A stretch of 64,000 nucleotides of DNA from positions 36,704,001-36,768,000 of the forward strand of contig NC_043005.1 of assembly GCF_006345805.1 (NCBI RefSeq), read 5' to 3'. The stretch is from Octopus sinensis. Lineage: Eukaryota. Position numbers and translations under genes: made by a program. Positions 26,761-40,449 of the stretch are shown here, piece by piece. The first letter of the stretch is position 1. Every line of letters begins with the position of its first letter. The notes beneath the pieces are model-generated. The model worked only from the letters and a program-made list of their open reading frames with translations. It made no database searches and was not told the DNA's origin.

Positions 26761-27774
26761 GTTTGCATATATAAATGTTTGCATTCTCTATTGAGAATTA
26801 TAATGAAATATTTGTGGGTGAATTAAAAGAATATTTTTCTGTGTAAATGATTGTATGGTAGCTTATAAATAGTCCAGCCTATAGTAAATAAATAGTAACG
26901 GAGTAGAAGGCTATTCGTAACTCTTCATGAATATTCATACTTTTCTGTTTGTATCTGGAAGAATGATATATGCTAAACCGTCCGCTTTGAATCTTAACGT
27001 TTCTTTGATTTTTATTTATTTATTTTTTTTACTCTTTTAATTTCTCGTTGCGAAACCCGATTTCGAATTTCTGATTAGAATATATAATATCAATAATAAG
27101 AATATTAATATGAATATTAACTAACCCAAGCTGGTTGTGTTATCAATTCTCTCCACGCATGTAAATACGTTGGTTGCATAGCATTTAGAAAGAATAATTT
27201 TCCATATTTCAACAGACTATAAAATTATGTATTCTAGGAGTTTGGAAGAATCTGAAATATTTCAACTGGCGTTTAATCAAACATGTTTGATTAAGAGTCA
27301 TGTGTTTATGTAAGGCACCAATTTATGTAAGAACCCAGTTACATGTGTATATCACATTGTCGACACACACACCAACATAGACACATGGACACATACGTCA
27401 CATAAATAGATACGTACGGATATATCTAGACAGGCACAAACATATGTGCATGTATACATTTATTAAGCAATACTAGTAACCACGTTTTGGGTTTCAAGGT
27501 CCCTAACAACTTTCTAAGGCTTTTCTTGTTTCCAGTTTATTTTCATATTATTTATCAAGCCGGCAAAATCATTTGCATGCCGGACAAAATAATTTGCAGA
27601 GTTTCGTCCTTCTTTACGTTCTGGGTTCAAATACTACCGAAGTCGACTTTGCCTTTCATACTTCCGAGATCAGTTAAATAAGTACCGGTTGAACACAGCG
27701 GTCGGTGCAATCGATTTACTCTTCCCTCTCAGGCCTTGTGGCTACAGTAGGAAAGATTATTTATCAAGCATAAG

Positions 27775-27823
<49 letters not shown>

Positions 27824-29832
27824 TGTGTGTGTCTACCGATGTGTGTTTGTATAAATGTGTATGTATATATCTACGTTTGTATGATTATGTTTGGTTAACA
27901 ATCAAGAAAAAAGAACTCAATACGTAAAATTGTGTATATACAATCTTGCTTTCTAGCTTAATACAGAATTTACTAAAAGCTGTAGATTTTCGATTTTAAG
28001 AGTTTTTTTTTTATCACAGTATGATAACAGCTTTAATTCAACATCTCTTGGGCAGCTTACATAGTATTCTTAGGTAATAAATAATTATACATATATTAAT
28101 ATATATATATACATAAATATATTCTTTGTCAAAATACCTCAGAGATCTTCAAGGCGAGATGCGGATGTGTTCTAGAAACATATAGAAAGTTTTAACAGTG
28201 ATGCCAGATGAATACACATTGCAGGAACAAACGCAATGAGGGATACATTTGCCTTGCTCACTACTCCACTAGCACCAAATTGAAAGGGAGGGCTGGAAAA
28301 TGGGTTTCAAATAAACTGGTATTCACACGAATGATGGTGTCCTAGAATGGTCACATACTTGGCCGACACCAGGTAAAAATTAAATTTGATGAACTGAAAT
28401 ATCCTCTAGAGAAGCTGAATAAACTAATGCTACCATATTTGACGGCTACGCTTCCCTTAAAAAAATTGTATATATAGCTGATATTTCGGTGTAAAATGCC
28501 CTATGGTAAATAAAATTTAAATGCCTCTTCATAAAATAGTCTTTGGAATAAGTTCTACCGTGATAAGTTGTCCCATTGTCATTTTCTTTGTCTCGCTTGG
28601 CAAAAAAATTGTTATTATAATTCCTCAACACATTTCTCTTGCAATAAAAGTGTTGGTGGCGAACGATCTCCTTACACGAGGAAGAGTGTAAAATCTTGTA
28701 GAAATCTTATTTGAAATGCTTGCATGTACAATAACAGTGCCATTCCTTTTTCTCATTCGTTCGCTTTTCTATTGTCGTAGGTTCCTGTCCAATATTGTAA
28801 ATGATATAAACAAAGTTAGAAGGTGTTAATCTCCATTTGTCAGAAAATTTGTATTCTTTCTCTGACGAGAATATAACAGAACCTGAAACTAGCAGATCGG
28901 TTTCTTTCTTCTGTCCATTGAGAAATTAAGCTGTATTGTAATCACTATGTTTATTTTTCACAAGGAGGCTGAATTGTATGCTTATTTTAAAAGATTTGCC
29001 GTATATTAGTAATTACAGTGTGTGTGAGGAAACATATAATACGTATAGGACTATGTGTTTATGCACGTATATACGTCTACGTCTATGACTATATCCATAC
29101 GTATATGTGCGTATATATATATATATTTCAGAGGTATATAGAAGCAAGCACCACAGCCACACATTCGTGAACACAGCGCTACATACATACATACAAACAT
29201 ACATACATACATACATACATACATACATACATACATACATACATACATACATACATACATACAGACGGAGAGACTGACAGAGAAAGACACGCGCACACAC
29301 ACATACACACACTCTGTAGTAGTAGCTGTCTGACTGCCAACATCGAACCATCGCAAAATAAATAACAAAATAAATAGCAAGATTCACTTGGCATCCAGAC
29401 CAGCAAAATAAACACCTCCATTATGGCGGATTTGATTTGACAAAGAGTTTAATGGTAAATACACAACAAGAACATTTCATCCAATTTTATGTCGCAATTA
29501 CACAAATTTTCTTTGGCAAGGCAATTATTTTCTTTTAACTTGAGACATTGATATCAAATATATCGCACTCCTACACTCTGCTTCACTGGCACACACATAG
29601 ACTCACACACACACACGCATGCGCACACAAACATATACACACACACACAGACACTCTCTCTCCCTCCCTCACGCTAGTACATTCTCTTACTTTTACATTC
29701 CTCTCAACATCTGTCTGTCTCTCTTTCTCAATGTCTTTCCTTCTCTCTAATTCTCTACTATATTGTAAGAACGTCTTATATATATATGAAATGTGTGTTT
29801 ATATACATATATATATATATACATATATATAA

Positions 29833-29895
<63 letters not shown>

Positions 29896-29917
29896 TATGT
29901 GTGTGTATGTGTGCGTG

Positions 29918-30075
29918 CTTGTGCAGTATGGTTGACTGCTTAAGAAACTCGCTTCGCAATCAAGAAACCTCAGGTTCAATTCCAGTGTGTGAAAACTTGG
30001 GCGAATATCATTTTCTTTGACGTCAGGTCGATTCATGGCCTGGAAGTGAAAACGGGTAGACGGGAACTACGCACC
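29918..30075 (+). mobile_element. Diverged SINE family A 5' half
   Basis: GGTTCAATTCC B box, then CTTGGGCGA and GGTAGACGGGAACT. Confidence 0.65.
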
Positions 30076-30451
30076 CACACAAACCACGCATATGTAAAAA
30101 TACTTACGTGAGTGTGCGTCTGTGTGCGTGCGTGAGTATATTTACGTACCTTACGGAATAGATTCAAAATGAGATACACACATGCAAAAAGCAAGAGAGA
30201 GCAAGAGAGAGAGAGAGAGAGAGAGCTGATATGTCTCAGTCAGATGAATAGAATATTAACTCGAAATATTAACTAAGAAAGCATGACGACATAACAGACA
30301 CAGGGGATGTTAATACTGGTGCAGGAGAGATTGAATTACGCTTTAGAATATAGTTTTTTTTTAGTCCCCCGCCGCTTCCAACCCTGTACCACACAGTAAT
30401 TTACTCTCCCACCATCACTGCGTTTTGTATACATGGGCCTGTCTCTTTTGG

Positions 30452-30697
30452 TCTTCTTCTTCTTCTTCTTCTTCTTCTTCTTCTTCTTCTTCTTCTTCTT
30501 CTTCTTCTTCTTCTTCTTCTTCTTCTTCTTCTTCTTCTTCTTCTTCTTCTTCTTCTTCTTCTTCTTCTTCTTCTTCTTCTTCTTCTTCTTCTTCTTCGTT
30601 ATACTACTACCACTGCCGCTGCTGCTGCGTTACAACTGCAAGTACTATTGCAGGTGCTTCTACTGCTGCGAGTTATAATAATAACAATAACAATAAC

Positions 30698-30761
<64 letters not shown>

Positions 30762-30841
30762 ATAATAATAATAATAATAATAACAATATTTATGATGATG
30801 ATGATAAAAACAATGTTAGTGACAACAACAACAACAACAAC

Positions 30842-30916
<75 letters not shown>

Positions 30917-31110
30917 AAGAATAAGAAGAAGAATTACATCTCTCTCCCAAACCCAACAAGATGTGCAATGTACAGTACTAATAAGTACGCCAAACGTCAT
31001 ACAACTAATCTTCTTGTTATTGTTGTTGTTATTGCTACTGTTTTGTTGTTGTTGTTGTTATTGCTACTGTTGTTGGTGGTGTTGTTATTGCTGTTGTAAA
31101 TTGTTGTTGT
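30452..31110. repeat. Compound trinucleotide array: perfect (TTC)n at 30452-30597, then (AAT)n/(AAC)n/(GAT)n, (GAA)n and (GTT)n
   Basis: Read directly from the sequence. Confidence 0.97.
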
Positions 31111-31699
31111 TGTCATTGCTTCAATATTTTAACAATACTCCCAAGATAAACTGTTCACAGTCAGTTGAGTGTAATATTACTTTCACAACAGAACCCGAGC
31201 TTTTATTTTTATTATTTTAAAATTTTTGCTTTCATCTTGTATGTTTCTGTCACTGTTATTGTTGCTTCATTTGTTGTTGTTGTTGTTGTTGTTTGCTCTG
31301 CTTTTTACGTTTTAGTTTCTTCCCGAATGTATTTGCTTAAGAAATTAATTTGCATATTTTCAAAGTTAGTATTTTTGCCCTTTTTTTTCTAACTGAAACA
31401 ATATCGATTTCTTTAAGTATATATCTGAAAACATTAGCGCCTTATTGACTCTTATTCTTTGATATGCTGTTCAGAATCTTCACCATGAGAACAAATATGA
31501 CGATAAATAATGATGATGATGATGATGATTATGATGATCATGATTTGTTTTATATGCCACAAAAACATCGGAGAAGGGGATATAACAAGCACAATTTGCA
31601 ATTTGTGTGGGGATTTACATAACAGAAGAAGATAAAGAAATAGAATCAAGGGTGAAATAAAAGTAGACATAGTATACAAAATATGTGGACACATTAATG

Positions 31700-32110
31700 C
31701 CGCGGTCCACCTGATACAAGGGAATCACCAAAAACGAGCCTGTCAAAGAACCCCAACTCCAGATCCAAGACCACTTTGACCACCAAGGGCACATGCTCGA
31801 TGTGGGTCAATTCACCTTAAACATTTTCGTTAGTCACCTACCTTTTTAAAATTTCATTGGGAGAAAGAATTTCCCTCTCCACCCTCATTTTCCTTTCCAA
31901 ATGAACTTTAAAAATATGACTAAGGACTTGACAGAAGAAGGTCTCTTTCCTCAACCCTTTCAGCCTCGTTCACCGTACAACCTCTTTCACCTTAATGAAA
32001 AACACAGGGGAACACCACCTGCCCTGGCTTGTTAAAGGTGGACGAATAATATATATTTTGTAATTCGAGACACTCTTCGAAGTAATAATAGACGAGGAAG
32101 CATCTTCTTT
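31700..32110 (-). mobile_element. Probable L1/Tx1-like LINE ORF2 C-terminus and 3' UTR relic
   Basis: Reads VKEVVR*TRLK...FKVHLERKMRVEREILSPNE. The DNA aligns by eye to a second copy at 40750-40900. The family assignment comes from recalled Tx1-like C-termini. Confidence 0.55.
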
Positions 32111-34744
32111 GTCGCTTGATCTGTTAGAAATAGGAACCAAATATATTATGTCATCTAAAACGAAAATTATACACAAGCGTAATTTTACATAAAGTTGTCG
32201 TAGTTATATCCCTTTCAAAAGGTAACGTTCTTTGTTGGAATACCCAGTCACATTTTAAGGTCTGTACAACGTATTTGTAAGAGCGACATCTTTACATGAA
32301 GTATCGTTGAAAAAACTCACAACATAAATAAGTTATTAAATGAGTGTAAAAGAATTAATAAATGATAATTAAAATCAATAAATGACACAAAAATTACAAG
32401 CAAATGATGGCTCATTAAAAATTTTAATATATACAAATTTATATATGTGATTATATATAATATATATATAGTTATACGCAATATATATAATTGTATCTTC
32501 CACCTACTTTCTCTCATTTACCATAAATATAATTATAAATATATTATGTATAATACATAGAATACCTAAATATATAATATTGAATATATAGACAGACATC
32601 TGAGTAGATAGTTGCTTAAATTTAAATAATTAATAAGGCGAGGCTCTGTTTAACAATGGGACGTTTATGTTATTTTTGCAGTCTTGTATATATACATTGT
32701 ATATACACATCTGTGTGATTTTACCCGCCATATTGAATGACTGTCATGTGTAAAAGAGGGTGGCTGTGCACTAACGTGAATTCTAACGTTTCGAGCATCG
32801 TATATTCAACTTTCAGTATATCTTTAAAATATATATGATCGTCCTCCTCTTTATCTCCATCCCTCATCCTCTGCCTTCTCCCTATCATTATCATCTACAA
32901 CAGGAGCAAAAGCAAAATTAATCAATAGCTAACGACCTTACTAAATTTAAATTAAAAGAAAAACACTTCTCCCAGATATCATTCCGTTGTTAATAATAAA
33001 AGTCGATTTAAATAGACCAGTAGACATTACCCGAAAGTTCTGCATCAAGAGTAAACATTAACCAAAGCTGTTGTTGAATTGTCATCAGTTATATATGTTT
33101 GACGCTGTCAAAACACAGAATCTAGTGAATATATCATTATTCAAATGGTTGCTCCTCCAATTTACGACAACACCAAAATGACTGTAGGTTATTTAATAAA
33201 GTGATACACCAACAACAAAAGTGTCAGTTAAAATCTTTCTAACAATTCAATGTGAATCTTTACAGTAGTTTCTTCTTTCCTCTAGTTGACTCATCTATCG
33301 ACATATCTACGTATAGTTCCTCGCCTATCTACATAATAATGTTTTCATTAATGTCCTAAATCATAGCAACAAAGATCGTAAAAAATGTATTCGGTTGTCA
33401 GATACATTCGTTTATTTTCTCTTCATTTTTTTTTACTTGTCCTTCTATCGTCACATGGCTGGAAAAGAGGTAAAATTTATTCAAATTTCAAAAGCAATAA
33501 ACAAAAGTTGTAGAGGAAGAATAGAGCTACAAAAAAAGTCACAAAACATTACAAAATATATGTATATTTTTGTATTAATTCAAATAATATTGAAAAAGAT
33601 TAAAATGAATGGGTGAGAGAAAAGGAACGAACCAAGATATCAGATATCTCAATATTTCATCATCACCGTATTTCACATTTTCAAAGCCAACGTGGCATAT
33701 AAAACAAATCATCATCATCGTCATCATCAACGTCATGGTCGATAGAAAAAGTACCAATCCAAGGTTGTGAATTATGGAACTAGATGATTTAGAATGCCGG
33801 ACTGGATGATTTAGAGTTCAAATCTCGCTAAGGCATTCTTGGATGTTAGACTTAATCAGTTCTGCGGTTTAATACCACAACTTGGCAGTTTGGATGTCTT
33901 TAGAAATAGTTCAGTTCAGATGTCTTCAAATTTGCGGATATGATTCTCCGTCCCACCTAGCTGACAGATAATGGCTTCCCTCCTGACTAAAAGGATACCA
34001 AAACCGACAACGAAAAGAAGAATCAGTTTGGTAATTATTAATCAAGATTTTGAAGATTTCAGTGTTAAATATTAGTGGAATTCTTCAATCTTCAAACAAC
34101 TCAGACACACATGCACCTACGCGCATATTCATGTACAGGCACAAAAACAACTCATGCGCGCCTGCATATACGTATACATCCACATGGCCTCTGTGCATAT
34201 ACATATAGATGCACGCTCGCGCAGGCATACAGTTATACACACACACATGCACACACAATAGAAATTTACGTTAAATGCTGTTTTGACTAAGTTACCAGTC
34301 AAAGCGCATAACCGGGCGGTTATTGAGTTGCAGTCACGATCGCAAGATTTTTATTTTTATTTCCGGAGTGGGCAGTGCACTGTATTCTTGGACAAAATAC
34401 TCCATTTCACGTTGCACCAGTTCACCAGTCCATTCAGCAGCAAATGGATAAGTCTCCGGCCGACAGGCATCTCGTCCAGGAGAAATGTTATGATCTCATT
34501 CACTTATATGCTATGGAAACTGAATAACCGGCCCGATGAGTCCTGGAACTCATGGAAGGGTTTATTTACTACGCTGCACGTCGTTGCCGGGTCATAGTGC
34601 TAGTGCATGTATATATGTGTATATATATGTGTACATATTACATGTACATCTATATATATACATCTACACATAAAATATAAAATACAAAGTTATATCTTGA
34701 TATCGCTAGTGATAACAATACTCAAAATATATAACAGACTGGAA

Positions 34745-35200
34745 TTGTAGGCCCGTCTCTTGCAATTTCGATCAATTGTATCTTTCCTCCCTCTTGTATA
34801 GAAGTGTGGCTACAATCCAGCCTACCTCTACTTCTGGGGGGACATTTTCAATTTTTATCCGGGACGTCCTACGTCCCAGATATAAAGTTAAAAATAAAAT
34901 ATTTCCACTTTGCAAGGTTCGAGTCGAGTACTCCCTTGCACGCTCCGTTGACTCGAACCTTGCTTCTATTGTGGCAAATTTACCGCCTCTAGTTAGATAC
35001 TTAATATCTTTCATAGTCGCACCAAGACACTTTTCAATGGTGCTTTCCTCCATGTGTTCAAATCTTTTTCTCTCTCCATTGTATACTTTATAGACAATAG
35101 ACTTTTCTTTAATTTTATTTCGTTTGGTGGTGTTATCCGAGATTCACTGTCTTTGTCGGTGATCAATCCGAAATAGGTTTGTATTTCTTCCATTTTAATT
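34745..35200 (-). pseudogene. LINE ORF1 (L1/Tx1-like) remnant
   Basis: Overlapping minus ORFs 35011-35193 and 34772-35053 read ..FATIEARFESTERAREY..YLGRRTSRIKIENVPPEV.., resembling the RRM-type ORF1 pattern. Frameshifted and isolated. Confidence 0.5.
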
Positions 35201-36918
35201 TTAATGAGTTCGCCGCCCGCAGACGGCTGCAGCGAAATTGATTTTTGGACTTTCTTCTATCGAAGACAGTTTAACAAAAATGCTTCCGTGTAAACGGTGA
35301 AAATATTGTCAATTTCCCCAAACAAGGACACAATTCAATTTTTAAACAATAACCAAAGCTCCTTCTCCCAAAGGGGGAGGGTTACGGTTTACAATTTTTA
35401 ACAAAGGCAATACAACAACGCTTCCCTTAAGAGGAACCAACAAACGTGATAACAATAGTTAAACAGTAATAATAATAACAACAAACCTTACGGTGAACCA
35501 AAAAGCAGTACTCTGTTGAAGCTATAGGCATTTATGGATCAGAAATAAATCAACAGCAGTACTCAGTAGAAGCGCCTGCTCGAGTAAACAGACATTACAT
35601 ACAGCCAAACTTCATATAGATACTTAATGCTAGCTAATTAGCAGATAATCTAATGTAAAAGCCGTGGTAAACAGTACGTACACAGCTCCATCTGGACTAT
35701 TCCATTTCTACACTTAAATTTTATTTTTATTTATTCCCATTCATGTGAAACCACTTATTCAAGTTCAAATCATTGATGCAATTTTATACCAATTGCTATT
35801 TTTACTTTTGTTTACATATAATTCAATTGTTATTATTATTTTTATTGTTAAAGTGAAAGTATCTGACATAAAATAGAGAAACGTTTTTGTTTCACTTTTA
35901 ACACGTAATACTGAAATAGTGAAGATATGATATTGCTATGGGCTCACCCTAGGCAAGAAGTTGAACATTTTTTTTTGCCCAAGAAACTACATGGACCCTC
36001 AGTAAGGCATGTGTAAAATTTGAATGAAATTGGTTGAACAAAGCGCTCTCATTATTTCTTTCTTAAAGCCTGGTACTTATAGCCATTTCTCAGAAGACTG
36101 AAAAGGAAAATGATGAATAAACTTAATCGATCTTCGTACATTCTTGGGTTCTCCTCAGAGGAGTCCACAGCATTCTGAAAATCTCAACAGCAGTGAGTAG
36201 CAAAAAACTGCTTATATGCTCAACAAATGCAGCAGTTTCTCTATGAAGGAGCTCCTAATTTGCATACCGAAAATGGTTTGACACTATAAATACCAGCGGC
36301 CAGTCATCGGGGATCTTATTCCAGATAGTATCAAGGTATGATATAATATATATGTAAGATATGGTATGTTTATAAACAGGGCAAATTTTAGCCATTTCTC
36401 CGCAGACTGAAAATGTGATGAACAACCTTAATCGATTTTCGAACCTTGTTGGATTCTCAGAGGTTTGAATTGCCGTTTCTTTCTCGAATCACTTTATTGA
36501 TAATATCATTCAGAGTGGGTGAAACGGTGAAAGAGAGAGTATGTGTGAGAGAGAGAGGGAAAGACACCAAGAGAAAGAGAGAGAGGGGGCTGAGAAAGAT
36601 AGAAAGAGTGAGTATGAGAGGGAGAGAATGTGGGAGTGAAAGAAAAAGAGATATACAATAAGAAACGACACTATAACCCATATATTTGAACATGGAGCTT
36701 ATTGAAGAATCCAATGCGATCACTAAGATGCTTATATCCGAAGCTGAAATACGAAGAATAGGATTGGATTTGTCGGTCTGATTCTTGAGAAGTTAAATAT
36801 ATAAGGAATTTAGTTATAGAAAAGTATATAAATACGTATGTGTGAGTGTGTGTGCGTGCAAGTGGGTGTGTGTGCGCGTACGTGTGTATGTGTATATATA
36901 CTTATATATATGATTACA

Positions 36919-36951
<33 letters not shown>

Positions 36952-37249
36952 GTATATAAAGTAACAAACCGAGAAAAAGAGTCCTTTCAAAGAGGTGTAT
37001 TAAACATCCAATTCACTGGTACGTCAGTTGATTAGCATATAAATATGGGTATAATGCAATAACAAAGATAAATTAAATAGAGAGACACTGTTGACAATCC
37101 AATAATTTATTTATAGTATATTATAATATTACACTATTATATAATATGCTATGGACATAATATAACATAATATTATATAACATAAACAGTTATTAAAAAA
37201 ACCAAAATGTCCAACAAACTGTTTCGACTTATATACATTTTCTGATATA

Positions 37250-37659
37250 CTCTTTTACTCTTTTACTTGTTTCAGTCATTTGACTGCGGCCATGCTGGAG
37301 CACTGCTTTTAGTCGAGCAAATCGACCCCGGGTCTTATTCTTTGTAAGCCCAGTACTTATTCTATCGGTCGCTCTTGCCGAACCGCTAAGTGACGGGGAC
37401 GTAAACACACCAGCATCGGTTGTCAAGCAATGTTAGGGGTACAAACACAGTCACACAAACACACACACACACATATATAAATATATACATATATACGACA
37501 GGCTTCTTTCAGTTTCCGTCTACCAAATCCACTCACAAGGCATTGGTCGGCGCGGGGCTATAACAGAAGACACTTGCCCAAGATGCCACGGAGTGGGACT
37601 GAACCCGGAACCATGTGGCTGGTTAGCAAGCTACTTACCACACAGCCACTCCTGCGCCT
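37250..37659 (-). mobile_element. Full-length tRNA-derived SINE family A
   Basis: The minus strand has GGCGCAGGAG-TGGCTGTGTGG (A box), GGTTCAGTCCC (B box), CTTGGGCAAGTG (CORE-like block), an internal (TA)/(TG) tract and a (AAAAGAGT)n-like tail. Confidence 0.92.
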
Positions 37660-38229
37660 ATTGATATAAAAAAAACTATTGTTTCAATTAACTAATGATA
37701 ATCTTCTATATTTATTGTTTATTGGAGGGATAATTCCATAATAGATATGAATAGAAACGCAATAAAAATGTTTTTTCTTATTTACTTAATTTATCGAAGG
37801 GAGAATTCCGTAGTAAACATTATTACAAACATAAGGCTGTAAATTCGGTAACCAAAGAACTTCATAGATATATATTTAGGCAATAGTAATTGAAATGAAA
37901 TTAAATAATTTGTTAGGGGTAACCAAATTTGAAGTTACTTAAATAATGATTGTTATTCGTATATTATGGAAGGGAGAATTTAGTGAATCGATAGAGATCA
38001 ATGATATAAACCAAAGCAGTATTAAGGACTATTCTCGATGAACTGATTAATATTATTATTTACAAATTGAAGGACCATACATAGTGCATATCCAAACTCT
38101 ATCAATACTTTCAGAAGTAACAAATAACTTTGTTGTAATAAGAATACAATTTATAAACCATACAATACTATAATAATTATTATTTTGGTTATTACATTTA
38201 TTTAGTAAGTCAAATGAAACTATTTGTTG

Positions 38230-38299
<70 letters not shown>

Positions 38300-39094
38300 C
38301 CTAAACTAATTAATAAATGAAATAAATGTATTTATACACATGTTCCTTTAGTATAATGAAGATATGTTATTTGTAGCATGTAATTAATATTAAATAATAA
38401 TATAACGATAAATTTAATAGTAACTACAAGAAAGAGCACTAAAATCAAGCAATTTAGAATTGGTCCACTAATAATTAATTTTCCAAATTAAGCTATATAG
38501 ATTGAGATGACAAATCTGAAATATATACATATATCTACAAACACACACACATACACACGCATATATATATACATATATATATACACATACACATACATAT
38601 ACACATATATACATGTACACACATACGTACATATACATGCATAAACATATATATATACACACATACACATATATAAACACATACATACATATATACCTAC
38701 CTACATACATATAGAGAGACTAACATCCAGATATATGTATACAAATATATTTGCATACAAATATAAATAGCCATATGATAACATATGTCTATAGAGTGAT
38801 ACAACAGATGCATAAATATATATAGAGAGAGATTCACATACGATAAATTAAGTAAACAAGAAAAAAAACATTTTTATTGCGTGTCTATTCATATCTATTA
38901 CGGAATTATCCCTCCAATAAACAATAAATATAGAAAATTATTATTAGTTAATTGAAACAATATTTTTTTTTTAATATCAATAAATTTAAATAAATAGAAA
39001 AGTTGTTATATTGAAGATGTAAATGTTTATATATTTTTTGTTGCAGTTCTAAATAGGGGAAAACTATTACTTAATTATATACATATATATATAT

Positions 39095-39300
39095 TCAAAA
39101 TGTGACCTCGTGTGTACCATTGGTGATTATTTTTTCCTCTGTCTTCCCTTCTCTGGATCTTTCCTTCTCCTATGTTTCCGACGAAGAGCTCCGCTCGAAA
39201 CGTTAAGCCCTCCTTCTTCCCTTCTTTCCTGAGCATCCAATAATACTATATTTGTTCCACGTCCTCGCGTTGTTGTGTTTTTTTGTGTTTTCTTGTTTTC
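39095..39300 (+). mobile_element. Solo Penelope-like pseudo-LTR
   Basis: Same architecture as 17780-17960: pyrimidine tract, hammerhead-like motif, GAGC..AATAATAC..TTTGTT and a T-rich end; sits between (TA)/(CA) runs. Confidence 0.75.
39174..39208 (+). ncRNA. Hammerhead ribozyme-like motif with a core substitution
   Basis: GTTT-CCGACGA-A-GAGC-tcc-GCTC-GAAA-CGTTA-AGC; CCGA replaces CUGA. Confidence 0.6.
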
Positions 39301-39793
39301 TTTATATACACACACACCTTTATCACTGTTGTATGTTGTGGTGACGAGGGACTCTCTTGTACATGAACAGGTTTCGATTGGTATGTCTTTGTGATGCAAC
39401 AAAATGGATTTCAATGGTTGTGGATTGCAGTTACTTGGTTGTATCATCCGTTAGAGTGCTTTTGTTGTATTTTTATTTGTAATTGATGTATGATTGAATA
39501 GTTAATACTCACACCCATAATATATAGATATTTGAATTAATTTTTACAATCCAGCCGTCCTTTCAACACAGAAAGTGACCCTAAAGTCACTTATATATAT
39601 AAGGAACTGTTATTGAGTAAATATATCAGAAAATGTATATAAGTCGAAACAATTTGTTGGACTTTTGGTTTTTTTAATAATAGTTTGTTATATAATATTA
39701 TGTCATATTATGTCCATAGCATATCATATAATAGTGTAATATAATATGATATAAATAAATTATTGGATTGTCAATAGTATCTCCCTATTCATC

Positions 39794-39835
<42 letters not shown>

Positions 39836-39947
39836 TATATAAAGATGAATAGGGAGATACTATTGACAATCCAATAATTTATTTATATCATATTATATTA
39901 CACTATTATATAATATGCTATGGACATAATATAACATAATATTATAT

Positions 39948-39993
<46 letters not shown>

Positions 39994-40090
39994 AATTTGA
40001 AAAATGCTATAGCAGAAACGTTTGGATTCATGCACACGCACTGCCACACACAGTTTCAGACGATTGCAACTGAATATGAAGGAAAAACCA

Positions 40091-40141
<51 letters not shown>

Positions 40142-40449
40142 ATATACTGATAAAACAACATGCATGTCCCATTACCTGAAGAGGGAGTTAATTAATTAAT
40201 GCGTGACATGCTGCCAGATTCCTTTATTAAATCAACTTTTAATATAATATTTATTTAAATAATCATTTAAATTTATGCAACTAACCACTCAATTATCTAT
40301 TTATATATTTTATCATATATATATATTTAGTTATTTATTGAATAAACAAATAATAGATCTCTTACTCAATCAGCATCTGTCTCTCTCTCTTTTTCTTTCT
40401 CCTGCTCATTTAACCTTCTGCCACATCATCTTATCAATTATCCTTTGCA

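Larger units (their letters stand above)
37064..39948. repeat. Nested inverted-repeat complex
   Basis: 37064-37249 pairs with 39622-39796; 37661-37797 pairs with 38841-38980; 39689-39796 pairs with 39841-39948. Confidence 0.9.
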
